From: Catajapyx aquilonaris
Taxonomy: Eukaryota
Length of the DNA stretch: 64,000 nt
Reading direction: 5' to 3'
Assembly: GCA_000934665.2 (NCBI GenBank)
Contig: KZ538194.1
Span: 1 to 64,000, forward strand
How positions within the stretch are numbered: the stretch's first letter is position 1; each line of letters begins with the position of its first letter. Both the position numbers and the translations under genes were made by a program. Of the stretch, positions 13,501 to 27,100 are shown piece after piece. The notes beneath the pieces are model-generated. The model ran no database searches. It was given only the letters and a program-made list of their open reading frames with translations, and was not told the origin of the DNA.

Positions 13501-16500
13501 GTGTTTCTGGAAACAATAGGGTCGGTAACCCCGACCAGGGGTGGATATCAGCTGGAAAAGACCGTTTGAAATTTTTTGAACGTAATATGACGTTAGTAAT
13601 TGGGGGACTCCAAATATCTGCAGTTTGTTTCTCTTAGGAAGCCTGTGCGTGCTATAACAAGGATAGTTTTATTGCCTACCAATTCGAAGCACTCGAAGAA
13701 GTCGTCGTTGCGTGCGTTGCAAAGGAAATATCGCAAAACGTGCAAGCGTAACATTTTTCGTTTGGGAAAATAGCCTCGATTCTTGTGGAGGCAACGTCAT
13801 TCCCCAGGATGGCGGAGAGAATGTAATATTCTGCTAGTCGTGTGCGGTTTTTACCGCGACGATATATTATAAAACGGAATTGAAAGGGGGGGGGGGGGAG
13901 GGGGTTAGGAGAAAGTTGGAGGCAACCTCTCTCGATAGACCTGAAAAGAAGGTTGGTGAGTGGGGAGCCATTTCGGTCATGCTTGTGCTGGGCATGGACT
14001 GCGTCTTGTAGGGAGATGGCCGCAAAAATTAATGAGTGACCGAGACGTTCTTAGGGTTAATGACATGAACATTTTTTAGGAATAATATTTTATGGCGGGA
14101 TTGTGCCATTTGGTGGGGGGGAAATGAGGATGAACCAGGGTCAGAAGCTGGTTATAAATGCAGTGTTCCTGACCCTGTTCCGTTCCCATATGTTTGCTGG
14201 CGACTGTAATAAAAAGGGGAATATATCTCTGGGCAAGTACCTGTAAGCTTCAAGTAACAACATGCAATAACAGCTGCAATATATCTCAGATTTTAAGCGA
14301 ATTTCCCGAGTAAGATGCATTGTTTATTTCTCGCTGCATGATTGTACTGTAGACTACCAGCTATAGGTGAAATTAGTAGGAAGCCGCCCTAATTGCGCGA
14401 AACTGTCACACCATACAACCGAGAATCGTCTATAACACTGCCCGGAAGCTACCTTGGAGGAAATAATAAATTAATGTCTCCCCCTCGACTATATAGGCCA
14501 CATCTGGCTCGGGTTTATTGACCAGCTTCTAAGGTGGCAATGTTTACTCAGAAACTCTGAACCCCTCCCCCCCCTCCCCCCCCCAGACTACAGTTGTGGG
14601 CGTAATATTGTGTGCTTCCAATATAGGCTGCCGTTTCTATTTTCCTTTCTGGATATCTGGGATTGTCATTACAGCAGCCCCAGCAGGAGCAAAGCGTGGG
14701 TGAGATACCCTGTGGGTGGAGTGCGAGGGCGTGCTTCGGCAATCGCATTAGGCCATTGTGGATAGTACCTATATTTGTTTTCGGGGAGAAAAAGTGGGCG
14801 TAAAAGGTGAAACCATAAACCAGCTTTCTGTACCTGGAGTGATCGCACCGGGTGTAGGCGGATAATTCACTTGTGGGAGCCTGACATTTTGTAAGGTATC
14901 TGAGCGGCAGAAGGAGAAAAAGGTCGAAAGGTCGAGAAGGATGCTTGGAGATACAGTGAGGATAACGTGGGTGGTAGCTATATCGGGCGAGGCTTCTTAA
15001 TTACACGAAGGGGCTGATTGCTATTGTTATAGCCGTGAGTTTTGTTGGGCCCTATAAGATCGTGTGGGATTGGTGGAATAGTGTGAGGTCGGAAATGGGG
15101 TGTAATGTTTACGCCATAACTAATAATTAGGGCTAATTTTGTACATTTGCATGTTAAATTGCTCGCCAGTGAATCACCGTTGGCTTCTAATTTCATTGTG
15201 GACAGCACGGTTCTGAACAGCAGTATATTGTTGCCAAAAAGTACGTGACAGTTTAGTCGTTGTTTATTTCTTAGACCGATATGCAAACAGGCCATTTCAC
15301 CGGTTTGATACCGACAGGTACACTTCCGGATGTAGCCCCATTTTTTTCTAGTTTCTGAACAAAATTCCGCTTGGTGCAGGTCAAGCCACTTAACGCCTAC
15401 ACCTACATTCTTTTAGATGGCCGGTGTGAATGCGGTATGTCCCACTGTGAATGGGAAAGCTAAGGTTTTTGGCGGCCTTCCGTCAAGTTTGGACCGATAC
15501 ACATGTACAGTTTTTTTTATTTATTTCTCTCTCATGACACCCACTGCTTGATCTCGCTCGACCTTCCACATGCGAAAGGCAAATCCGGTGGAACAAACAA
15601 GTCTTGACCCACTTTCTTCGAATTTCTGCCAGCTTCTAATTCCCGCGGCTAAAATAGTCCAGACAGCGTCCGAATTGTCTAGTTTATAATATTTTGTACT
15701 GCTTTTTTTTTCCCCAATGCCATTCAAATGAATGTCTCGTTCAAACCGTGAGTCACTTGTGTGCAGAACACTGGGAAAAACATGTATGGTGGGCGCGCCT
15801 TATTCATGCATATTAGCCCCTGGAGTGGAATAGTTCAATCCAGGGGCCGTTCCTTCCACACCTCATCATCTGGAATGTGGCCCGTACAGGTTACGTCTTT
15901 TTGGAACCCTGGAGGAAACATTTTGCAAATCCAGTTTTCGGGGCAAGGATCGATTTGGGGCTGGAGGGCAAAGGTGGTGTTTACAAACATGTAACTTGCG
16001 ACTCACCCGGTGGAATATTCAATAGATGATGGAACAGTTGTTGTTTTTTTAACGACACGTGACTGAATTAGGGATGACCAACTGTCGCCAGATTTTTTTG
16101 GGCGGGAAAAAATTGTTATATGGACGAAGGTGACTTGGTTCCAAGTTGGCATGCAGCTGGGGAGTTTTATAGTTTGATCAGACGAGATAGGGTGAATCAT
16201 CCCAGGCGGTTGGCTGACCTTCCAGATGAGTTGGTTGGCGATAGGGGGAGCGTCTTTGGACTGAATCTTATACTGTTGGGTACCATGTAAGATTCCTCAA
16301 GAGGGCAGGTTGCGGTTTGCGTTGCACAAGTCTTGAGTGTTATAAAAGAGCTAGGGGGGCCCTACGAAGCCTGAATTAGGTTTCATTGAAGAGGCTGGAC
16401 ATAAAAGCCGCGGGAGGAATCCGCTTACCCTCGTTCTAGGCATTCCAAAGTTGCCAGAGGTAAACAACCTTCCACCTCTCTAGGATCGCAGTTTTCTCCA

Positions 16501-18162
16501 ACACCTTCGCAATTCTCTTTTTACGAAGAGAAGAAAAAAAAAACAACGAACGAGAGGGTTGATATCCGGCACCTGGAGGAGGGAATGGGACAGGCCGGTC
16601 TAGTCTTGAAAGGGTAGAAATGGGGACAAGGAGGGTTAGAAAACCAGATTCTTGAGGTTGTATCATCGTGGAGCGGATTGTTGGGCACGGCGGAACAAGA
16701 TGACCGATGAGATTTAATTTGAGGCCTGGCGCACTATCATTCTGAGCGTTTGGGTGATTAATAGGGCTGGCGATAGACCGGAGAAGGAGGGGTGCCACAT
16801 GCCTCGTTTAGGTCCTTCACCTTGTCGTTATTGATCTTTGAGGGCAGGCCCGTTACCTTTTCTTTGTGAGGAATTTCTGAAATGGAGTACAGGCAGTGTT
16901 ACTTTCAAATGTAGTATTGACGACCGAATCTGCCCAACAGGCATGTGAATAGCATTAGTGCAATGCAATAAATATATAATCAATGGATATTGGCAATTGA
17001 ATTCATTTGGGCGTGATCGGCATATGTCGTCATATGTGCAGCTTACGTAGGACTGGCATCTGATGCATAGGCTGGTACGACTAGTCTCGCTCCCTATTGC
17101 AAACTCGCGCAGTACGTACACAATGCACATTGTTATTTGAAGAGTGCAGTTTTGTGGCAGCTATTCATTGAACAATGCAGGAACTTCCTCGTTGTATTGT
17201 GCTGGATTCCGAGAGCCGGCCGAGCCAGTGAGAAAATATTCGCAGAATGTAGGACGAACGAAGCAAAAATTGCAAGAGCGCTCCTTGTCTTAGTGCCGGG
17301 TAGTGCAAGGCGTACGTGTGAAAACAGCAGAGAGAGAGAGGGGGGGGGGTATAAACTGCAGGACAAACTACTGGGTGTTTCCGGGTGCTGTGCGGCTATT
17401 ATCCCCTTCCGCGGCCACCGCCCTACCCTCAAAAAGGTGCCACTTCTTCTTGACCGATACCGCGGGAATGGGCATGGGAGGATTTGTGGTTATTGACACG
17501 TTCAGAGGGGTCTGGCCTTCCGGGGGTGCTTTTAGTACCACCGTGCTGGTAAATTGTGAAGGTGTTCAAAGCCGCCTGGAGTTACTTATTGAGGGCAACC
17601 AGTTATTCCAGTTAACCTCAACCGAGGCTGTCATAGAAGTTATAACCAGCATCGTAGCCTCCTACTCAGGCCCTGTTATCTCAAAGGGCGACTCCATCTG
17701 TGGATATAATTTTAAAAATAAATATTGTCGGCTTTTGAACTCCAGGTTTTCCAGTGCGGTGACTAACCCGTGACGCATGTAAGAGGTCTTAAGAAATTTG
17801 CCTTGATATCTCCGGAATGTCAACCAGATTTGGTACAATCTGGGAATATCAGGCAGCAGCCAGCCACCCCCCGAATGTCGGACCCTTCGACACGTTCCTT
17901 CACGTGATGTCCTCACTCAGGGTTTCGCCGTGTGCCTTTCACTCCTCCACGGGTCACGCTCAGTATCCCGGATGAGTGTGGCTTGAGTCCGCCGTGTGTG
18001 CTTCCCTGCTCCCCCCCGGAGACTTGGTGTCGCTTGTGAGTGTGCGCTGTGTGCTGTGTGGGTGTCCAGAGACTTTGTGTGCTTCACCAGCTTCAAGACG
18101 AGAGGTGTGTCGTAGTGTCCGTTCTGGACCACCGGGCCTACGTCCCCGGTGCCGCATCGCAA

Positions 18163-21100
18163 ATGCTAACTGCTATGGTGGCAGGGCATACCACGGAGAA
18201 CCATGATATGTATTCCCCTGCGCCGCTGTACGAATACTACTCAGAGTACGGGTACCCACCCCCGGAGGTGTGCACCACCCCTGCGCAAATATGTGCGCTT
18301 CCGGCCGAGTTTGGTAAGTTTCAGCAATCCCGATATCCTTTGCATTCCTAACGAATTACAGGGTGTTTCAAGAAAGTTCAGGTAATAGCACCTAATGAAC
18401 AAGTGCAATAACATGTAAACAATATACAAGTATATGTGAGTGCATAATATTCTTGTTTAATGCACCAAATTGTGTATTTGAATAACATTTGGATGTCTCT
18501 TGTTGGAGCACCCTGTTCCCTCCACTGTATCCTATACACACTTAGGATGCACCGAGATGTGCTGCAGTGTCGCATGTTCTAATCTAGTTTCGGTGTTGGA
18601 TGGACTTTCATGAATAATCAATTTCTTGGGAGTTAACGCTCTGGCTGGAAAGTTTGTTTCCCCCCCAGAAGAGATGGGGGGAACAAAAGTTTTGGACCAG
18701 GCTGCAAGTTTCGTTGGGTCTTTTAACTGGAGTCACGAACTCTGCTTCAACACCGACCTTGCTTATTGGCTCAGAACTGGATTTTACGCCCGTGGGCCTA
18801 TGACGGTGAAAGGGGGGGGGGGGTTACTGGTATCAACGTTTGTGACGGGAGAGTCTGAGATCATACACCTGGCTTGAAGTGACGGTACATGATGGCTTTT
18901 TTTGTTCTCGTATGATTTAAAAGCGGGCTTGCATTGGTCACGATTTCGTAATGAAAGTGCAGGTACATTGTGGGTCAAATAATGTTCATGTCATTTGAAG
19001 CGCTCTTGTGACATCATTTGTACCGGAGTAAGGTGGTGATTGGTTAAAAGATGACCTTAAGTCAGCAATGACTGGTTGAGAGATGACCTTGGGCCAGTGA
19101 CGAAATACGCCAGCCCCTTGCCTGGCTTCGAGCCAATGACTGGAAGGGAATGTCGCCAAACCTCCATTCATTGGTCCGGAGCTGGCCTTGAGCCGAGAAC
19201 TTGTGACGTCACACTTGCGACCAAGTTGTCAGGATAACCTATTTTGTTGTTATTTTTTATTTAAAAAAACTTGACACCTGCTGGTGTGAACGCCATGTTG
19301 CGTACCATACATTGTCTTGAATACCTCACCGTGCGAGTTTACGTCTGTTAAAACGATTGATTAATTGATTGTAAATGTCAGTACCGTGTTGTTAACTGTT
19401 GCATAAGCGTTCTCGATGCACTCATTCTAGGAAAGATGTTACAAAATGTTGCAGTGCAAGGAGGGTGGGGGGGTGGAAGAGATTGTATTCTGAGGGTGCG
19501 TAATGAGAGCATAAAATGTCGCTGGGGAAATTGCTTGCTTTGCTGCTATAGGTCATCTGAGTCCGGATAGAAAGTGATTCACACAGCCACATGCTCAGAG
19601 ATATAAATTGTTTATTTCCTGAGGCATGTGCGACCGTTCTGTTTCCCGTGCAACGCGGATAAACGCATTTATGAGTGCATATTCTAAGAGCGGGATACGC
19701 AACCTACTTTCTAAGATAATCGTATTTGTATGTAGCGGTCATTGATATTGCAACATGTTTGTGGGGTGCAGAGTGTTCTGGAATGTCTGTGATATCGGAC
19801 CGATTGCATCGACTGGAAGGGTTGGTTTTTCTGTGTACCATGATAATTTCTATGGAATTTCCCGATAATATTAGATGAAAGAAATGTTATCTGCGCGCAT
19901 TTTTAAACAATTATCAAAATTATTGTTCAGGAACTATGCAAGGCAAAAAAAAAAGTGGCCATCTTCTATACAATAGTTGTACAAATTAAAATATTCGTTC
20001 TGGAAAGTGCCTCTAAGGCTATTTTATAAATGAAAAAAAAATTACAAATGTTCAACCTTTAAGCCCAGATTTTCGCTCTCGGGCACCATATTTTATGGAC
20101 TGCATTTCATATTTTCTTGCAATATTGATTAGAAGCAACTTCCACTGAAAATTATCAAGCCTGGCAACAAAATCAGTCCTGTGAACTTCAAACAGCTGGC
20201 TGGTTCAGGCGCCACTTGGCACCTTCAGGTCAATCGGCTCTGATCGCATGACCGGATATCGGCACCGCATCTGCCGATACCGTAACCAGCATCTGCCTCG
20301 GAAATCCCTGCTAGCTGCTGTGGTCCAACCTCACCCCCCTCTAAAACAACCATGGGATTTTAATTAACTTCCCCCTTCCACCTGAAACAAACCGCTGGTG
20401 CGTAGATAAAGCATGTGGGGGGGACGTAACATGGCAGGCCGCCGAAGCCGGTACCTGTGTCCGGGGCTCGTACCATGTTCCACTCTAGTAAATTGAGTCG
20501 AAATCGATCTACACGCCGGCAATTCATCCCTACCAGTGACGTCATACATGGTGAGCGATAAGCGCTGTTTTAGCGAGTACGGTATAGGAATGCGGTTGTT
20601 CTCCGGCTGGGATCGGGAGGCTGCGATTTTAATTAACTTAGCAGTTCCGGGGCCTGTGTTCTTTGAAGAGAGCTAGAAGTTTGCAAAAAGTCGGCGAGGC
20701 GTCAAACTCTGCGATGAGTGGCGTTTCTCATTGCGAATCCAGGCTAAAAGAGCGGGCAATTAATTTTCGGGGAAGTTGAGGAATGAGGCAGTCGCTGAAA
20801 TGCAAAGTTTGGGCGATAATGGGGCGTGTCATTGCAAATGGGGGAGACTATACCTGTGGGATGAGTGTGTTGCACGTGTTCAGTTCGTACGTGGGACTTC
20901 ATCGATATACTAGTTGGCCCTATGGTCCATTGTGTAGTAGGCATAATAATTGAAAACAATAAGCCCAAGTTTTCAATTTCCTCATCTGAGGCGGGCAATC
21001 ACACATCGGTTAGCGGAGTCGACGCATGCGTGAAATTTATACCGTGTAGGAGAGGGTTAGAAAGGCAAAACTCGGCAAAACGCGACTCATGGGCCGACTG

Positions 21101-24100
21101 GGAAATTTTTACCAAATGCTAGATTATATCCTAATGGTTCACATTACATAGAATAATGATGGCCAAATGTCAGATTAATAGGTCCTGCACGTCTTGTTGG
21201 CTCAATTAAAGCCCCGTCATTTTGCTTTCACGAATGACTGATTGCCAGAAAATGAAGCGATTTTCCACGTAAATCGGGACAAATTCTGACAGTTTCGAAG
21301 ATTTTACTTGTCCAATTAGCTCCAAATCAAGCTGGATGATCAGGGATTTCAGTCTTGCGTCGAATGAAAAAGTTCACAATGTATAGGATCACGAAGGGGG
21401 AAAATACAAAACAAAACAAAAAAAACAGTGGGTTGGGTGTTCTGAAGCGATGGCTAATGCTAGGGCTGTACATACGTGTAACTAATGAAAGCGTGTCAGT
21501 CTGATAACACGGCCAGTTAGATACCAAAATGCTCGTCTTGTTCCACGTTGTAACTCTATCGGCGCGATCTATTTGGGTAATTGGGGAAACGGTGCTCGTG
21601 AGACTTGAAGTTTGCTGGCAATCGATATTTGGGCGGACAGGGGGTTAATCACAGTGGAAGTCGCCAGTCATTTGGCACGTTTTGCGAGATGAAGTCTCCC
21701 ACCTTGAGACTGGTTTTAGTATGGTTGAGCAGCGAGGCATGTTGCGGCCGGCTGGAACCCACCGCTGGTGAAAAAGATGAATCCAAGCATGGCACTGGGA
21801 TGAGGAATTAAGTGTGTGTGGAACGGTAAATTGAAGATTTTAAAGTACCGGTTGTAAGAACTTAAATGTACCAATTTTATCAAATTTTTTTTGGTTGTTT
21901 CACTGTACCTCCCCATAACTTCCATAAGACAAATCTTCAATTGTATGGGGCATACCCCGAGAGCATATTGGGAAACCCCAAGTGGTCCCCACAACCGAAC
22001 CTAACCTGTAACCTTCCTTCCTTGCGGATACAGCCCTATCTTCAGCGGATATACACCTATCGTCAGCGGATACACACCTAGGTGGGCCGGTTGCGGGGAC
22101 CACTTGGGGTTTGCCTATATATGCACCCCGAGAGGTCTTTTCTGTAAACTATGTGAGATCTGACCTCCCTATTGTCATTACTGATAGGTGACCTCAAGGT
22201 CGTGAACCAATAATACACCGGTTGCACAGGTGTATCACCATCTAGTATACAGGGGGCGTCACAGCTTTCGTCAAGACACCCTGAAAGTGCAAGCTTTTCG
22301 CGAAATTTAATACGGTGTGGGACGCCATTTTTAGTTAAATACCGTGTGGGACGGTAAGCTCTTTAATACGTTTTTGGCGAGAAATTAAAATTCCATGGGC
22401 TTCCTTTTGAGTAAAGGGAATAACAGCACCCAAGCAGTGTGTCCGGATAATTTTACAGGGAGTCCGATATGGAGAGCTGGAGACCCCGACGGACGATTTC
22501 TGTCCGCATGGTTATTCAATTTCCCACTCTGTTTCCTAATGGACCCAGCGGATTAGCAGGGTCGTTGCACATCTACATTGCCCCCGGGCAGCAAGAAAAC
22601 CGGTCGGTGTTGACACATTAAGGTCAAGCCCGGCCATTTGACACGCTGGAAATGGCTGGCTGGGAATCGCGGGCTCCCAACCGCCCCTTGGAGGACGTCA
22701 TTTTTCGGGTAGGAATGCTAGGCAGCACAGGAAGTTTGCTCGCTAGGATGATTTTCCAGAGGCGGGGTCCTTTTCATTTTAGGAGGCTCTGGCAACAATG
22801 GTTGGTTCAAGTACGGGCGGGGGGGTTAGATCATGGGCTCGTGGTTTAGATGGACTCAAAGGCGGCCATTTTGGTCAACCCGGACTGATATTAGGGGCTA
22901 GTATACACTTTTGATAACCACTGAAAGTAGCTGCGATAAATACAATATAGCTAGCTGATACAGGCGATTCAGATGGACTACCCTGTGGAGGGGTGACCAA
23001 GTGGTGAGTTATAGGCAAACTTTGGTCACGTTCTGCCGTTTTATCGTTTCGTTTGGTATAACTCGTATAATAATTGATATGGGGGTGATCTTGTGGAATT
23101 TTAGCAATTTTTTGGGCGGGTGGAAACAGTTACTGGGCTAAGTGCACTGTGCATAAGTTGAATGAATCACTGCTACAGGAAATTTAATATTTTTCACCCC
23201 ATAAATATGGTGAAAGGGTTTCGAAGCTGTCAAAAGGTTTTTTGAAAATAAATCAGGTTTGCAAATGCGTCTGATTTGCGTAGCATTACAAGCTCACACT
23301 TGACACTTGAGAGCTCATAGCAAGTGTGGGAAATGAACGCGATAATTTGGCTATGTAAAACAAAGCCAATGTGGCAAGTAGATGTGAATGTGAGTCACTG
23401 TCAGTGTTGCTGTTGCAGTTGTGTTGTCTTTCCAGTCATACATTTATTATCAAGAATTTGAACGTGTCTGCTTGGTGCTAATAATTGAAGTACATTATGG
23501 GGATATCGTGCAGAGTTTGTAACATGTACTAGGAGTCCACGCGTTTTTATGTCATCTATCCAGCTGTCACTGGAAGGTGCGAGGATGTTAATGAATATAA
23601 AAAAGTGTGAGCGCCTCGCAATAAATAACCAAGAACAGCCACTCGCGTGCTGCAAAATAATTAGCCTGCATATTCCTCATGCAATATAGGTACAAATTGC
23701 CCATTATATAATTGCTATTCAGCCGAGTTGTTTATATATACGCCCGTCTGGGATCTCCCCAAGACCAAAGTTACGCAACAACTCATTGTCATATATCGAT
23801 GCAACACATCTCGCAGAAGGAAATGTCCTTGCGCTCATCCTGCGAACGGATGCAACCCGTTGTCATGTCCGTCAAAGCAGGGGGTACACATCCCTTCAAG
23901 CCTTCTTCGCATTCAATGACACTGCTTTCGGGGGCATGAGTAAATCAATACGCACCAGCGTAATTTATACGTGAATCAACACGAGTAACAGCGTGATGTT
24001 TGTGCAGCCACGGGTATACGTTAAAGTGAGCGACACTATGCTTGACAATGACGGGCACTGCTGTTGTGACTGGAAAGGAAAGTTATAGAGAGGAGACCGA

Positions 24101-27100
24101 GTAGCGCACATGTGGGTGACAGTTACACAAGTTGATGGCCGGTGGTGACTACAGGGGTATCCATGGAAAAAAAGTTGGCCACAAATATGTCTTGTTTGCG
24201 TGACCTGAAAGTTTATTGGAGTCCAACGAATATTCTTGCGGGGGGACTTCCAAATGGTAAGTTTTGTTCGTTACTCTTAATGGCTAGTTGTGCAGTAACG
24301 GGGAAAGTAAAAATAATGAGTGGCCATCAAGGACGGTGAGTGTCACGGTGATTGTAGTCCGAAAATGCCTGGGAGTACGGAGGGTCGCATGTTTCACGCC
24401 TCGTGGAACTCGTTCCTTCTCAGCTAGCCTTTGATTGTTTAGGCGCTGTTCCAGGCACGGAATCGAGGGGAAATCTGTCAACAGTAATTTAAACAGTTTG
24501 TACTCCAAGGGGATGATGGATTTGCGAGACTATGATCTTGTACATACCTTGGGAGTGCAAGACTTCGGTATACTCCCAAGTGCACCACCTGGGGGGGGAG
24601 GGGGGGGGGGTATCGTAGCCGGTTTTATCTGAACCGTAGTTGCATCAAAGAAATCTTGATCTATTTAGTTGCTGCAAGTGCACATTAAGTTTGTGGCTGG
24701 GAAAATTTGCATGAAACAATACACGATCTCGAGTGATGCGCTGCAAGTAGAAGGAAATGAATGGGTGGGGATCTCTCTCATCATTCAATTACATCCCACA
24801 GAGTTATTCATACTGCAACAATAGAGACATTAATCTTAACCCGCCGCACTAACCTTGTGAAGTAACCTTTTCTTTTTTGCACTTGCCTCACAGCTGCGTT
24901 GCCCCGGGGCAAGTCACATGGTCCTCCCTGAATATAATTATCCTTTTTTCAGGCTGAAAATCGCTGTGATTTTGGCAAATGCACGACCGGGCATGTCACA
25001 TCAGAGTTTGTGTAGTGGTTTTCCATCTGATCCTCCACTTGTTGCACGAGAAGTGCGCGTGCAGTTAATTCATCCCAGTCTTCCTAGTCGTTCGGCCCAG
25101 TGCGTGATGGGATATCACGGGTACCGGCCACTGGCCCGACTTTAAATGTACGATTTTTTGTGTGGAAAAAACTATGATATTTTTTGTGTATAAATGTGGG
25201 TGGGACCAGCCAAGTGACATTATGATGCTTACATATATGGAAAATTGATTACATGTGTAATGTAGGTTTTTTAAAGGGGGGAGATAAGAAGTTATTGCGG
25301 TCTGTTGCACCCGGGTTACAGATTCAAAATGTAAGTTTTTTTTGCATGTGATCTTGAGCATTACCTGTCATCCCGCCCACACTTCCTGAACCACATAGAA
25401 CCATCTTATTTACCAGGTCACAATGACGTCATGCGTGGGAAACTCTCTCGAAGAATTCGGGCGCCATAAAAATTATAATAATAAGGTCTGCACGCCAACC
25501 GAGTGGTATCAATGTCACAAAATGGATTTGGCAGTATGTAACGGGCTTCCTCGAGAGGCTGCCCAAGTAGATTAGGACATGGTCTCGCACACACACAAAA
25601 AATAGTATTAATATATATAAAAAAAGGAAGGGTCCGGTTGAAATTGGATAAAAAAGAAGGGTGACCTCACACACGAAGCCCGTGACCCGCACCTCAAAAG
25701 TCGGGCAGCCAACCAAGGACTCCCCCTCTCTATTTTTTTAACGTTTTTAATAGCCCTCCCTTAATGTTCATGCAGCGTTTCGTGATTCGGTGGTCCGATT
25801 GGAAGCATTTTTATTTTTCGCGGTTTGGAGGATATGTCGTGGGTGTTGCCCCCAAAACTTTTGACCTTCAACAATGTGCACGTGGGCACAAAAAAATAAG
25901 TGAAATTAAACATCCGGAGGCGTTTTGTTAAAAATATTTCCTGCTTAGTGCCGATTTTCAAGGATTCCTCTTTATAAAAAAAAAAAACAACAAGAGAGAA
26001 GACTTTGGAGTGTGAAGCTGACACGAAAATTCGTTTTTTTGGGGGGAGATATATGCATTCCGGGCAAAAGCGAATAGGAAGGAAACGACGNGGGGGGGGT
26101 TCCTTTTTCACGAGATCCCAATCGAGACGAATCCTCGTAAATCTTTTCTTCCATACCAAACTCCTCTTCCTTTTGTGCATTTGCATTTCCTTCTTTTTTC
26201 CACTTCCGTTTTTCCACCCCTCCCCGTCCGCAGCTTCCTTTTTGTCGGATGGAAGTGTCTCCGATTAAATCCTCTTCCTGTTAAGTAAAAATAATGAAAA
26301 CTGTTTTTTTCCCCCCAGGTTGCTAGGGTCGGAAATTCGATGCAACTTCTCACACGAAATATATAGAAAATGGCATATGGTGTTGATTCAGATAGATCTG
26401 CACTTAGTTGGTTACAGTATCCCAGACGAGTCATTGTGACGTCAGTTGAAGCAATTTTAGGATGCTCGTTTCGCACTGATTTATTTAAAAGGCATTTTAG
26501 TCGGATGAATGATGATGCCATGAATATGGGGGTAGTTAAGGTTGCATGGGACCCAGGAGGGTGGGTGTGGGAAATTCCAGCTGTGAATAAAGCAAATGAC
26601 CAGGAAGTTGTTAATTTACTGACGTACGAGTGTTCGGAATGAAAATGTGGAAATTTTATATGCAGCTGGGCTGCTAACGATATTTTTCTGAGATAGCGCA
26701 ATGGTGACTAAAGTTATCCAGTAATTGCATGTTGCCTTCTACTGTCCTCTCTCGGTGTTTTTGTACATTATATTATTTTTTAATATTTATATTTGGTACG
26801 TGCTTACTGGTGATGAGCCTTGAAATAGCTGATGTCATACTGATGAATGAAGAGGGGTAATATGCAGGAATGGGAGGTGTCGTGTGTATATGGTAGGGGT
26901 GTTGGATCGATAGGATCTGAATACACACACACCCACATACGGCGATATCAGTGGGTGCGATCGAGACACGGGCGTCATCACCCCCCCTAAGGTGGGTGGA
27001 GTGGGATTTGGTGTGGGGGACGTCAGCTTCATCGCCTGGTTGCTAGGAGAGGTGTGATTACCCCAGGGAAAAGTGCTGAGGGGGGCAAGGGTGGGGGAGG

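Noticed and set aside
1..17900. Many 60-200 aa ORFs in the first 18 kb (e.g. 1586-2029, 9235-9828, 10834-11352, 17303-17773)
   Set aside because: No recognisable domains, mostly non-ATG starts, homopolymer-derived residues and no coherent splice chain. A BLASTX could still reveal decayed transposon fragments.
25092..25139. Small hairpin TCGGCCCAGTG...CACTGGCCCGA as a possible pre-miRNA
   Set aside because: The stem is too short and asymmetric, and I recognise no mature miRNA.
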